Assembly: GCA_964016885.1 (NCBI GenBank)
Contig: OZ024742.1
Location: 207,514,001 to 207,578,000 of the forward strand
Direction: 5' to 3'
Source: Eledone cirrhosa
Lineage: Eukaryota
Length of the DNA: 64,000 nucleotides
Under the pieces are notes generated by a model. The model was not told where the DNA came from. It was given only the letters and a program-made list of their open reading frames with translations, and ran no database searches. Shown here piece after piece: positions 11,424-25,235 of this stretch. Each line of letters opens with the position of its first letter. Position 1 is the first letter of the stretch. Position numbers and translations under genes: made by a program.

Positions 11424-13199
11424 AAATAGCTGCCATTTTATCCTATCCCGTATGCCTGAGAACATTAGGATGGGGGAGTGGAATGAGGCAACTAGGTTTT
11501 TATCCCATTCACGTCGTTTGCTTCCCAGTTAGTCCCGACACCACCCAGTTGCGTCTCGCCTATAGCAGCTTCACCAACTAAATCATTCCTGCACACACGT
11601 AAAATACAGGCTGGACGGCCTTTCTTCTTAGGTTTGTTCTTTCAAAAGACTAAATGCCGGGAACCTTGTTGTTATTGTTTAATTACAGGCCAGTTCTGTT
11701 TGAGAAGACATGATCAAATGTTGTCCATCAGATTCTATTGGTAAGGCGGGAAGGTATCCTGGACTAAATTATCTATGTGATTGTGCTTAATTATGATTCC
11801 AGTTTTTGTGATTTGAGGGTGATATATCTACTATTTTAACAGTTCAAGTGACCCTGTAAAAGATATGGACCAACCTGATTCAGACACTATCTATTACTAT
11901 CTATGATCTGTCAAATGTGTTGTTTTACCCCTGATAACTATTGACTAAACAATCTCACTCCATGTTTTACTTCATATTTCACAATCAATGGTAGCTTACA
12001 GTCATGGTTGTACTTATTGCATCTACTATAGGATGAATTTCTCTCAAACTACCCCATATTTGAGAACATAGCGGAAACTTTATCTCGCTTCTATATTTAA
12101 TGACATAATTTCTGATGATGAAAAGCAATTCTAATGGCTTTGATTGTTGGTTAATGCACGAAAGAAATAAGACTATAAATAAGACCCACAGAAAATTCAT
12201 TAAATTGTGTGGAATATAAAGATATCGACGATTGAATTGCAGTTGACGACGATATTAAGTTAATCCAATTATTTACTTTTCAGTTCAGGAGATTATAAAC
12301 AATGTGGTTAATCACAAAATTCGAGATGCAACAATTTGGTGATATGATAATGAGAAAATATAATTAGAGTCATAGCCTTAAAATTTAATCAAGTATGGAA
12401 AGTTACACTCTTTGAAGATATGAAAGCTGAAAGCGCATATACTTCAAAATGCAAAAACCCAGAGGCATCAGAAAATATTTAAAGAAATCCAATAAAAATA
12501 GTCCATTTACAGATCTACAGATTCGTGTAGGACGATATAATTATTTAAAATGTAAAACATGTTTTCTTTTGTTTCGCAATGTTATTTTAACTCAAACATA
12601 TTTTTATGTTCATTTCTTTATGTGTGTGACATACATATAATAAACACGTATTCGTTATCTAAAACTCATGGTGTAACATCTTAATATTCTTTTAGCATTT
12701 TCAAAATTCTTATTTTTTAGAATATAAAATACTTATTTTGACCGAATTGATTACTGTACAGTTAGCATATAATATAATGGGATACATTAAACTATATCTC
12801 AGTTTTGTGGGTATATTTACACAATTGGTTTTCGTCTTTTTCCATGTCTCACTAATTAGCTGATTCTTGTATAGTTTCAGTAATCCATGGAGATTACTTG
12901 TTTTCCATATAAAATTGGAGAAATAGTTTATTCCTTATCAGTTAGACATTATTTATGTACACCTGAGTTTGGAGTAAGTTATTTCCACTTGGTAGTATAT
13001 ACGTTTGAATGATGGTGCTTGTCTAGTGAATTCTCTGATTCACCTTTTGTCAAAGATTCTGTCTGAGTTTAATCTATATTGGCATTTTCTTTAATAAGTA
13101 AAGTATTGAGATTCTGTTTACTGAGTAGCATGAGCGTAGTTTTTCATGCTGTTCATTTTTGTGTTCCGCAAAAAAATGTTTTTTTTTTAGCTTGATTCT

Positions 13200-13640
13200 A
13201 TTCTAAATTGTTCTTTATAGTTTGAGAACCAGTTTAGGTTTTTCTCAAATCTTCGTAATAAGATTCGTTCCTCGTTCTTACATTCTTGAGAGAAATGTTA
13301 TCTTGGTTTTGAAGATTTCGATTTTTATTTGTTTATCAATGTCCTTGCAATGTTGTTCATTTGTGTTTGCTCTTAATTTAATTAGTTCGATTTCGTTTCG
13401 TATTCTTTCGAGAGACAACTTTTGTCGTTATTGTGTTGGGGGTTTTGTTTCCTTGTTATCAGTTCCAGTTGTACTTTCTTCTGTAATATGAGGGGAGTTG
13501 AATTTATCCACCGGTCTTAAATCTCAGCCATGTTTTTTATTCTTTTGCATGTTCCAGAATGCGTATTGCTTTTGAGTTTGACGTGTTTATTCCATATATC
13601 AACTATTCGGTTGCTATAAAGATAATCAGAAAAACCGCCC
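13200..13640 (-). pseudogene. Probable degenerate N-terminal region of a PLE ORF
   Basis: RQKLSLERIRNEIELIKLRANTNEQHCKDIDKQI...RM*NEE, a coiled-coil-like stretch that would lead into the CNKEELKS motif seen at about 43900(-); recalled similarity only. Confidence 0.4.
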
Positions 13641-13717
13641 TCGCGCGGTTTTCTGCTCCCATATGTAGTGTGCATATTGGTATTATACGCAAATATATAT
13701 ATGTAAATTGACAATAT

Positions 13718-14375
13718 CTTCTTCTTCGCCCACTTATTTCTGAGAGGATCGTGGGGGCAGAGTCCTTCTCAAACACTCCTTCCAGCGAGTCTGTCGGTAG
13801 AAAACATCTGTAACTGATTCAGCTGGATGTCAAAGCATGTCAAGCCAAGTTGGATGTTATCCAACTATCTTGCTCAGGGGCTACCACTGGGTCCCTAGCC
13901 GGTTGGTTTTACCTGTAAAGTGTGTCCAGCGATTCTTTACTGAGACATTCTAACCACATACTCATAATATCGGAGTTGTGATCTCTCAATTCGGAGAAGA
14001 AGCGGCTCTACCTGGAGTGACACTCTCTCTCTCCGAGTTATGCACTTTATCGAGTAACGTTACTTCAAAGACCCATCGGAGGAATCCCATTTCTGTCGCT
14101 TTTATTTGCAAGTGTATTTTATTGGTATTTACTCAAGATTCATGATCCTCGGTAAGAGTTGGCAGGAATACCAGGAAGACAGCGAGTTTGGCTTTTATAT
14201 TTACCCCCTTTTTGCTGAAAGCTGAGGCTGGCGCATTACTGCATCAGCTTTTACAATTCTTGCACTTAATTCAGCCTCCTGCATTCCATCACTCATGAAC
14301 ACGGCTCCAAGATACTTGAACTTCTTCAGCTGCTTTAGTGGAACTCCATTCAGATGTATATAAATTTGAGTGACT
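13718..14375 (-). mobile_element. RTE-clade LINE 3' fragment (degenerate)
   Basis: IHLNGVPLKQLKKFKYLG...ELSARIVKA, ATEMGFLRWV, IERSQLRYY..VVRM; ends in gaagaagaag. Confidence 0.75.
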
Positions 14376-14547
14376 TCTGTCCACCCATCCATCACACAAT
14401 GTGTATGTGTGTTTGTGTGGATGTATGTGTGTAAAAGGAAGGAAAGGGATACACATATATGTCTCTAACTTAAAAACAATGACACACACACGTGTCTCTA
14501 ATTTAAGAACGCCGACAAACTCACGCGTGCACATACACACACTGTCC

Positions 14548-14830
14548 TATTACCACTCAAGAGCTTTGGCTCGGACTAACATCCCCTCAGTTTTGGAACC
14601 GTCTGGGTTGTCCAGAATTGATGGGAAAAGACTTTACGGTCTTACTCTGTGCTCCTGGTCAAGAGGCGGGTGCCTTACCTGGTACGTCACAGTTAGTGAC
14701 TCTTTTGCTTCTTCCCACATCCTGGATGCAGCAGTAAGGACGAGAGCTACAACATTCGCAGCTGAACGGAACAAAATCCTAAAATACCATGTTCTGTTAG
14801 CTAGCTACATTATCCAGCCTATGTGGTCTT
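14548..14830 (+). mobile_element. CRE-like non-LTR element, restriction-like endonuclease fragment
   Basis: RALARTNIPSVLEPSGLSRIDGKRLYGLTLCSWSRGGCLTWYVTVSDSFA; homologous to 61759-62000. Confidence 0.75.
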
Positions 14831-14921
14831 AGATGTGTATTTTTTCTCTTTCTTTTTTTCCTTTCCCTTTCCTTTGTATATATTATATTTGTTAGTGTTT
14901 TCGTTCTGTAGCCATTATATT

Positions 14922-16103
14922 AAATGAGTTTTAAAAAAAAGAGTTGATAAATAAATAGAGTTAATAAATAAATAAAACGTTATACTTGTTTTACCCTCCC
15001 ATTCCCAATTCACCGAACGCTGCTCTCGTGACTGTGTGAGTGTGTTTGTGTAAGTGTATATGTGTGAATGTATGTATGTTTGTGTGAAAGTATGTGTGAA
15101 TGTATGTCCGTGAACGTGTATTTTTATAAGTTTGTGTTTGCGTGATTATAGTTATATACTAATAATAGTTATATACTTATACATATAGCTGTATGTGCAC
15201 ATTCATACGCGTCAGGGTGTAGAAAATCATAATCTCTCAATCCGTCTCAACACGCACTCTCTCTTTCTATATATATGGTAGTTGAAGTGGTGGTGGTTGC
15301 GACGATATACCGCAAGTGTAGACATTTGAAACTTTGAAAAGAAGTCAATTTTAAATTATTTATATTTAAGAAATTTAGTTACGAAATTTAGTACATAAAT
15401 TATGTAATATTCATTCATTATTTATTCAAACTAATCCAACTTATTTTACTAATTGGATTAAAAGTAATAAATCGTACGCAGTCCTTACTTTATTGTAGTT
15501 TAGATTTTTATACAAATGAGTTTAAAAAAAAAAAGAGTTAAATTGTGTTAATAAATATATAAAACGTTATAATTGTTTTACGCTCCTATTTCCAATTCAC
15601 CGAACGCTGTTATGATGACTGTATGTGTGTGTTTGTGTAAATATGTGTTTGTGTGAAAGTATATGTGTGAAAGTATGTGTATTTATCTGAATGTATCTCC
15701 GTGAGCGTGTATTTTTATAAGTTTGTGTTTGCGTGATTATGGTTATATTCTCATAATAGATATATACTCATATATATAGATGTATGTATGTGCACAATCA
15801 TACGCGTCAGCGTGTAGAAAATCATAATCACTCTATCTCTCTCTAGCTCTCTCATCACTAAGTCTCTCTTTCTATATATGGTAGTGGATGTGGTGGTGGT
15901 TGTGACGATATACCGGAAGTGTAGAAATTTGAAAGTTGAAAAAGAAGTCAATTTTAAATTATTTATATTTACGAAATTTAGTTACATAAATTATGTAATA
16001 TTCATTTATTATTTATTCAAAGTAATCCAACTTATTTTACTAACTGGATTAAAAGAATTATACCGTACGCAGTCCCGCTCTCCTTACTTTATTATAGTTT
16101 AGA
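14922..16103. repeat. Diverged tandem duplication, unit about 590 bp
   Basis: aaatgagttt..aaaagagtt...caattcaccgaacgctg at 14922 and 15514; both units end cttactttatt.tagtttagat. Confidence 0.85.
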
Positions 16104-16806
16104 TATTTCATCTGAGAGTATTTTTAGACGGTTTTATATGTGATGGGTTATCCTCCATTTGGTTTGTTTGAATAGTTTGTTTGACATAGTTTTTCAGTGT
16201 TATTGTTGGTTTGTATGTCTATCTATTGTTGTGTGTTTTTCTGTGAGTCAATGACATCTGTTCAGTTTTTTGTGTTACCGTGGATAGTTGTGTGCTATTT
16301 CTGTTAGTTATTTCAGGATTTCTTCATTTGTGTTTTTGTCTGAAATATATATTGGCTAACTGGACACACAGATATTTTTTTCTAATACAAATGTTTTCTT
16401 CTGTTATTTCCTCTTCGTACTCGCCTATGTTTTTGGTATTTTTTTTATTTTACCACTCTTTCTAAATTCAGAAAAAGGACTAACATCAGAAACCATCTGA
16501 CTCTTCCCCTAGTATGTTAAGTGTTAAGCTAACTTTATTACACTATATCTTTGTTGCATCGTTTAATTTTTTAATGCCATAACTCGTAATGTATGTAAAG
16601 TGAATGTGTGTATGCGTGTGTGCATGTGTGTGTGTGCATGTGTGTGTGTGTGTGTGTGTGTGCGTGTGTGTGTTTCTTATTTAAGAACGTTGCTGTTCCA
16701 AACAATCTGTAATTAATTCAAGTAAATATAAAAGTAATTCAATACAAAAAAGTAACAGGTAAAATACTGTCATGTTCATAATAGAAAACGCACAGACACA
16801 CACACG

Positions 16807-16881
<75 letters not shown>

Positions 16882-17948
16882 ACAAACAGACACACACACA
16901 CACACTCCCACATACACGAGCGCGCCTGAAAATAGATGCTGCACAAATCGGTTTCGAGGCTGAGTATTCCGTTTACTCTAAGAACTTTACCTACACATCA
17001 ATTGTACCCTAAACGTCATCTTCAAACAGAATCTGCGTGACATTGTCTTTGACGATGTTGAACATTTTAACTCTAGATGTAGTCAATCCAACAATCTACA
17101 CAGTTTCCATCTATTCTATTTCATTCACAAGACTTGATTTGATATGAGGATATGGTTGAAGTCATTTCGCGAGGTTTTGTGCCGCCGTGTCGAGCCATCT
17201 GGCCATGTTTAGTATCAACCATGGCCGATATTTATACACACACATTCAAGCCTATACGAGAACAAGCCTCATTCATATCTGTCAGTTCCTTTCCCTCCAC
17301 ATTTATTTTATGCATGGTCACTATGATATTAAATGGTTTCTTTGAAATGTACACGTCATTCATGGTGGGCGATTTTTCAATGTTAACATAAATATTGTAT
17401 ATAAACTCTATCCCCTTTCCTCCACCAAGTGTGGTACCGCCCAAATGTTCTATTCAAGGTATTTTGGTTTTCTACCTTAATACATAACATCCGATCAGTC
17501 TGAAAAAGTGTATTAATTTATGGATGTGTGCCTATATGTGCTTCAGTTTTGATTATAACTCTATATGTGCGTGTGTATATGTTTGTGCATGCACCTGCAT
17601 GTGCGCATGTATCTGTGTTTGTGTGTGTGTATGTGTGCGTGTATGAGGGTGTGTCAGTGTGGGTCTGTGTGTGTTGTCGTGTGTATGTCAGTATTCGTAA
17701 TTTGTGCACGCGTGCTTGTTTGCGTACGTACGCACGCGTATGTGTGTTTTTGTGTCATATTCTCCCTGTCACGTAAAGATATCACCTTTACAATACAATG
17801 CTCTACCTACGCCCTGTTCCCTAGCACCACCCCTGCTCCGCCACCCCATACCCGTTTATTTTCTTCTTTGTACAGAACAATGCCGTATCTTATAACAGTT
17901 CTTAGATTTTTGAGACATGTTTATATGATGTTATTGTTTTGTTTACGT

Positions 17949-18335
17949 AGTGACAATAGTAATGATGATAACCGTGGTACTGACGGTGGAGGTAGTTGTG
18001 TTGAGGATGGTAGTGATGGTGATGGTGGTGATTGTGGTGATGGTAGTGATGGTTGTGGTGGTGGTGGTGTTGGTGGTGGTGGTGGTGATGATGAATGGGA
18101 CTTTGGTGGTGATGATGGGAGTAGTAGTGATGATAGTGATGGTGATGGTAATGATGGTGGTGGTGGTGAATGTGGTGATGGTACTGATGGTGGTGGTAGT
18201 GGTTTTGCTGGTTGTAATGGTGGTTGTGGTGGTGGTGGTGGTGATGATGAATGGGACTGTGGTGGTGATGATGGGTGTAGTAGTGATGATAGTGATGGTG
18301 ATGGTAGTGATGATGATGATGGTGGTAGTGGTTAG
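17949..18335. repeat. (GGT/GAT)n low-complexity tract with an internal duplication
   Basis: gatgatgaatgggact.tggtggtgatgatggg occurs twice. Confidence 0.85.
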
Positions 18336-18616
18336 TGGTGTTGAGTGACAGTGTTTATTTAGGTGAGGTTGAAAGTGCTAGTAGTGATAAGGAGGTACGA
18401 CTCGTAATGACGGTAGTGTTGGTGGTGATGTTAGTTGGTAGTGTTGCTGGTCGTCTTAGTGTTGAGTGTCATCATACGCACTGTTCATTTGTGTTCTGTT
18501 GATATTCAAGTTGATGTTCTGCCCAATGTCAGACATGTTCGATCAGACCCATGATCATTCGACCCCTATAATATTCCTAAATCGTATATCAAACAATACG
18601 GTATTATTTAATATTT

Positions 18617-18804
18617 TGGATTGGCAGTATCGGTAGAGAGTCGGGCGCCATGCTTTGAAGCATAGAGTTACCTCCCTTTATGATCTGAGTTCAAATCCCG
18701 CCGAGGTTAACTTTGCCTTTCATCCTTACGGCGTCGATAAAATAAAGTACCAGTAATGCACTGAGATAATTGCTGGATGGTGCCAAATGTAGAAACAATT
18801 ATTT
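18617..18804 (+). mobile_element. SINE family S
   Basis: Matches 1725-1920. Confidence 0.85.
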
Positions 18805-19274
18805 AATATTTCGCTTTTTTTTTAGGCTGTAGGGTGTTGTGATACGAGGCAGAACCTGGCTCTCATTTCTAGTCTAGCAATTGATTGCAAAGATGGTTTT
18901 TCCCTAGCAGAATGGCCCGTCGTTGCTCGGGATTTGCTCTAGGCTTCTTATATATTTGATATATATTTATCCTTATCGAGCCTCGTGAAATAAATACGTT
19001 TGTTTATATTTTGTTATTGTGTATGCAAAAATATCTGTACACGAATATATATATATATTATATATATATTTATATATATATATATATAACGAAGGAGTTG
19101 TGGTAAGGAACCAGATGGACCATAACGCACCAGAGTACTCAATACTTAAGGTAGTAGAGCGGTTAATAGGAGAAATTATGACCCCGAGGTTAAGCCGTTT
19201 CGACGGCTATTTCTGGACTAGAAATATATATATATAACAGTACAGAGAAGAAAATATATATATATATATATATA

Positions 19275-21315
19275 TTTATTTATTAAAATAACAGATTAAA
19301 TTTTAAGCAAAGAATCACGGCTTTCACTCTTAACGGGATCTTCTGAAACTAAAAAAATCAATCTGTGAACGCAGAAGTAAATATTTCAAAAAACGTTGCA
19401 ACCGAAGGAAGACAGAAAAACGATACTTTGGTTCGTGGAAACGTTCCCTGGCAAAGAACGGATAAAGACAAAGATTTGTTTCTACTTTTTGACACGAGGC
19501 CAGCAATTAGCCAGTGTATTACTGGTACTTTATTTTATCGACCCCGTAAGTATAAAGACAAAGATAATACGTCATAATTTTATCGACCCCGTAAGGATAA
19601 AGACAAAGATCATACGTCATAATTTGGAGCGGTGAAAACAATTACACGCAAAGACAAAACCATGTTTATGGTATAAATGAAGGCGTAGACAAATATTCTA
19701 TTAGGTGGTTCGTGGAGACGTTCTCTGGCAATGAACAGAAAAAACGATAATACGTCATATGTGGAGCGTTGAGAACAATTACACGCAAAGACAAAACCAC
19801 GTATATAGTATAACAGAAGTCGTAGACTAAAATTCTATTAGGAAACTGAATGATTCCCGGCTTCAGAGTTAAGAATAAAGTAAAAAAGTTACAGAGGTAA
19901 TTGAAATTAAATATATACATGCACGCAACCATATACGTACATACACAAGCATATGTGAAAACACCCGCAATGGGTATATGTTACACTGGGAGATCCTAGT
20001 TAAGGCTAGATCGTATAACGGAAATAAAAGACCATGTGACCTCTGCGCCGCTGAGGCCCTGGAAATGCTCTACGCCAAAGACCACATCTTAAACAAAAAC
20101 TCTGAGGCAATTTCGGCTTGTAAACATAAATTGTACAGAACTTTCCCGTATTACAGCCCCAACATTATACCCTAACGGATAGTTCGAACTATACGCCGAT
20201 ATATTACGCCTTGATGTGGTAGCGAAGTGTATGTAATGTTTATACCATTACTTATTTGTATATGTAAGTATATTTTACCTGTATGTTTTGTGAAGGTACG
20301 TATACTTTCTCGTACGTATATTTGCTTGTATATGTTATGGCGTATATATTATATATACTGGTACATGTGCATATGGTTATGCGTATACGTGAGTTTTGCG
20401 TCTGTGTGAGTATGCGGGTTCGTATGTATGTAGGGTGTGTGTATATGTGTACTTTGCGTTTTGGTTGACGTACGTCTGCGAACATATGTGTATTTACAGG
20501 TGGTATATGAGTGAGCGGGTTTATACGTATTTATGTGAGCATATTTCTAAACGTTTATATAATTATATGTATACACGCATACTCACACACACATATATAT
20601 ATATATATTTTTTTTTATATTTATTTTTATGTGTATTTGGTGTATACGTTTGTATGCGTGCGGGTACAGGCATTGCGTGAGGTCTGTATGTGCGTGCGTG
20701 TGTTTTTTTCTTTTTTGGTGTGTGTGTGTATGTGCTTGAATTGGCATACCCATTGCGGGTGTTTTCGCATATGCTTGTGTATGTACGTATATGGTAGCGT
20801 GCATGTATATATTTAATTTCAATTACCTCTGTATTTTTTAAACTTTATTCTTAACTCTGAAGCCGGGAATCATTCGGTTTCCTAATAGAATTTTAGTCTA
20901 CGACTTCTTTCATACGATATACGTGGTTTTGTCTTTGCGTGTAATTGTTCTTCCCGCTCCATATAATGACGTATTAACTTCGTTTTTTCTGTTCATTGCC
21001 AGAGAACGTCTCCACGAACCACCTAATAGAATATTTGTCTACGCCTTCATTTATACCATAAACATGGTTTTGTCTTTGCGTGTAATTGTTTTCACCGCTC
21101 CAAATTATGACGTATTATCTTTGTCTTTATCCGTTCTTTGCCAGGGAACGTTTCCACGAACCAAAGTATCGTCTTCCTGTCTTCCCTCAGTTGCAATGTT
21201 TTTTGAAATATTTACTTTGCGTTCACAGATTGACTTTTTTAGTTTCAGAAGATCCATTTAAGGGTAAAAGCCGCGATTCTTTGCTTAAATTTTAATCTGT
21301 TATTTTAATAAATAA

Positions 21316-21318
<3 letters not shown>
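19275..21318 (+). mobile_element. 5'-truncated PLE family C (Naiad-like C-terminus) with long inverted 3' end
   Basis: 19275-19977 is the reverse complement of 20746-21315; between them WEILVKARSYNGNKRPCDLCAAEALEM...LNKNSEAISACKHK; further terminal copies at 22345-22460 and 63831-63900. Confidence 0.82.
19476..19550 (-). mobile_element. SINE family S 3' fragment inserted in the left arm of the PLE C inverted repeat
   Basis: Absent from right arm; flanked by ataaagacaaagat at 19462-19475 and 19552-19565. Confidence 0.8.
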
Positions 21319-21382
<64 letters not shown>

Positions 21383-21443
21383 TGTATATATTCAATGGTA
21401 TTAAATAAATGGAAACTATATTTAGAAAAACCATATTTATTCT

Positions 21444-21677
21444 ATTATATATATTTCATGGGTACCAAAGGTTTGGTACGCTTTCATTAGATAAAATACA
21501 AAGTCTGTTTTTTAAATTTTAACATAACCAAGAAAAATACATTAACATTTTACATAACCATGAAAAATACATTTTCCAAGGAAAACTTGAACCGTTATGT
21601 CAAAATTTATAAAACAAACTTTGTATTTTATCTGATGAAAGCGTACCAAAGTTTGGAACCCTTGAAATATATATAAT
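21444..21677. ncRNA. Divergent pair of minimal hammerhead-like motifs (21444-21495 minus, 21627-21677 plus)
   Basis: tttat-CTGATGA-aagcgtaccaa..ttggaaccctt-GAAA-tatata-TA-ata; the minus copy has CTAATGA; related to 661-719. Confidence 0.65.
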
Positions 21678-21699
21678 ATCATTGAATATATACATATAT

Positions 21700-22139
<440 letters not shown>

Positions 22140-22459
22140 CAGTACAGAGAAGTACGGAATACCTCGGCCTCGGCATGGTGTGTACATTTTGTGCTTATAA
22201 AGAAATTCTTCGTACATTACCAGGGCTTTTTTTCCGTGCGAAGAAAATCAATACTTTATAACGAAATAAATCCTTTTGTTTATATTTTGTTATTGTGTAT
22301 GCAAAAATATCTGTACACGAATACATAATTATATATATATATATATTAAAATAACAGATTAACGTTTAAGGAGAAATCGCTGCTTTCACCCTAACGGGAT
22401 CTTCTAAAACTAAAAAAATCAATCTGTGAACGCAGAAGTAAAAATATTTCGAAAAACGT

Positions 22460-22538
<79 letters not shown>

Positions 22539-22614
22539 TATATATACATATATACACACACACAGAGCTACGTCATAATGTCGTAATGCAGACAGCCAGG
22601 CATACAGACAGATA

Positions 22615-22730
22615 TTTGAGTTCAAATCCCGCCGAGGTTAACTTTGCCTTTCATCCTTACGGGGTCGATAAAATAAACTACCAGTAATGCACTGGGTAAT
22701 TGCTGTACCTTGTGCCTAACGTAGAAACAA
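22615..22730 (+). mobile_element. SINE family S 3' half
   Basis: gagttcaaatcccgccgaggttaactttgcc...gtagaaacaa. Confidence 0.8.
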
Positions 22731-22749
22731 ATATAAGGGCGCAACGTTA

Positions 22750-22961
22750 TATCTATGTATCTATCTAAAAAGAGAAAGACTAAGAGAGAGAGAGAGAAAG
22801 ATCGCTAAATCGTCTAATGCGGTCCCTAGGCATTGACAATTTGATATATATTTGCTCAAAACACTCACAGACCCCAAAGTATTACATGTGTAAAATTTGA
22901 AAACAATCGGTTGGGTGGTTCTCGAGTTTAGACAGACATTCTCTGTTTTAGATATATAGAT
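22750..22961 (-). mobile_element. Short Helitron-like or MITE-like non-autonomous element
   Basis: Minus strand begins atctatatatctaaaacagagaatgtctgtc...caaccgattgttttcaaatttt; similar inverted end atctatctaaaaagagaa at about 22760. Confidence 0.45.
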
Positions 22962-23364
22962 ACAGAGAATGATGTGGATGATTGATGATGCTGATGATGA
23001 ATGGGATGATGATGATGACGAGTACGACGACGATGTAATTCACAATCATAACATGGTCGGGCAGTTCTTGATTATGTAAGCGCAGGTTAACTTCAACTCA
23101 TTGATGACGTCAACATTATGATGATAATAACGACACTATTGATGTTGATGATGGTGATATATCAGTTAACCTTTTCTTTAGGCGGTTTATTTACATTTAC
23201 ATTTCAGGGAAGATGAGAGATCGTTCTAATGAAAGTTTCTATGCATGCTTGGTGATAGCCATTAATCATAGACATCCAGCAATATTTACGACCCCTGACG
23301 TCCAGGGTTACACTTCATTTCTAACTTGCTCAACCATATATTTTCTATGCTTCGCTGATGAAAT

Positions 23365-23500
23365 ATAATTGTTTCTACTTTAGGCACAAGGCCAGCAATT
23401 ACCCAGTGCATTACTGGTACTTTATTTTATCGACCCCGTGAGGATGAAAGGCAAAGTCAACCTCGGCGGGATTTGAACTCAGATCATAAAGGGACGTAAC
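23365..23500 (-). mobile_element. SINE family S 3' two-thirds
   Basis: Reverse complement of family S sequence. Confidence 0.8.
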
Positions 23501-24515
23501 TATAAGATCGAAACAGAAATAAATAAGATTTGCTTCTTACTGCATTTCAAATTCGTGGCTTCTATAATAATTCTATGTAATTATAATTATAGGATGCATT
23601 ATATATATAGATAGTCGTTCCAACGCAGATAATTATAATAATAGTTAATTGTTGAGAAAATTGGTTATGGTATACTCCTGGAAACTGTAAAAAGTAGACA
23701 GTCACCAGTGGTAATTTACCGAAACTTTTCAACTGTTATTTAGAGTGTTCAGCTATTAATATAATTGGAACAACTACATTTTAGATTTTTAAAATTAACC
23801 AAATTCGACTGGATGTATATAGAAATATTCTTGAAATTTCTACGTTGAACATTTTAAAGCTAGCTACTGCCCAATTTATTTGTTCTCAGGATATATAAAA
23901 ACCCGCAAATGGCGAAGTGGGGACATGATAGGACTGAAAGATCAGTTATCTCATAAAACTGACGCCCAGAATGTGTCCATGACCAAAATAATGAATTTTC
24001 CACACCTTTAATTGTATTCCTGGTGGACGTTAGCAGTAATTGTATTGGGGAACTGAAAGACTGATTTATTGGCTTGCAGTAGCATGTTTATTTCTTCTAG
24101 GGAGAAAAATCTACGTGGATAATTTGTTTCTCATCTACTTAATGTGTAAACTCTGGACAAACACTAACCACCATGAAATCTGTGTTTCAGAAAATGAATA
24201 AAATCAAGTAAATTTCTATAAAAATTACTGTCAGTGTTTCTTTATCTGTCTGTTCCTGCTCCCAATCTTTTTAGTTAACCATTCAACAAAATGCTTAACT
24301 AACTTCATAACAGTTACTAAGCTGGGGTTTTATGGAATAGAATGAATTTCCATAGCTTTCAAAAATGAGTGTCCTAGTTATTCAATAAACGTAACAGTTT
24401 GTTCATCAAATTAATATGCAATTGGCTGGGCAATCACCGACAAGTGTAACTTAACTTAATTCTCAGCGAGATTTAGTATAGTACAGTCTGAGACAAGGGT
24501 GTCCCTTTAAATATC

Positions 24516-25235
24516 GTGGACAACACCTTCTTCACCTTCCATTACCATATCTACAAACAGACAACGGGCCTACATATCAGGACTACTAGCTATCATTTAC
24601 AGGAACCCGCTGGGACGTCGCGCGCTCAACACCCACTACTCATATGCCTTCTTCACCAGTTACACGAAAGCGATATTCTTATCTTCATTTCCTACCGTGA
24701 AGAGGCCAGCAAGCTCTCTGCGACTTTCGCGAACGTGGACAGTAATATACGGTTCAGCGTAGAACTTACTGTCAACATTGGATCCCTATCCCTACTCAAC
24801 TTTCAGGTGGCGGAGTAAGGTGAAATCCACGCCAACTTGTAAAGGAAATCCGCTGCAGAGACCTGTTTGTACATTATAAATCAGTCCTCCCCATCGGTGT
24901 CGGTAGTCTCAGTGCTGGAGTTTTCTTGTCTCTCCGTATCAGTGTGGCAAGAAGAACTGTTGTTGCGGTGGTGTTTATTGCGTGTGCCTGTGATCATACG
25001 TAATATACCGCATGCAATGCGACACATGAAAAGACTTTTACATCTGTACTACCATTAGACCTCTTCACTTCCGCATTAAAGAACATCTCAATACATGCGC
25101 ATCTGCCTTCACGAAACACATAGACAAATGCAAAATCAACAAAACATAGCAGTTTCTACTGAAGCCAGGGACAGGACTTTGGCAACCTTATAATACTGAT
25201 ATCTAGGCTAAACCCACAAATCAACAATACGTAAT
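24516..25235 (+). pseudogene. Highly degenerate PLE RT and GIY-YIG remnant, related to 2872-3320
   Basis: NTFFTFHYHIYKQTTGL; NVDSNIRFSVEL..GSLSLLN; FYICTTIRPLHFRIKEHLNTCASAFTKHIDKC; LNPQINN. Confidence 0.7.

Noticed and set aside
12030-12520. Faint resemblance to a pogo/Tigger transposase C-terminus (DIDD*IAVDDD...EIINNV)
   Set aside because: No catalytic motif or TIRs recognisable; needs a translated search
17565-18348. 256-aa Gly/Asp-rich ORF and overlapping Val/Met-rich ORF
   Set aside because: Open only because TG and GGT/GAT repeats lack stops; no domain or splice support
23891-24085. Possible host exon after ttgttctcag and an LRR-like phrase LVDVSSNCIGELKD*FIGLQ
   Set aside because: Stops in all frames, no partner exons, and a motif too short to distinguish from chance
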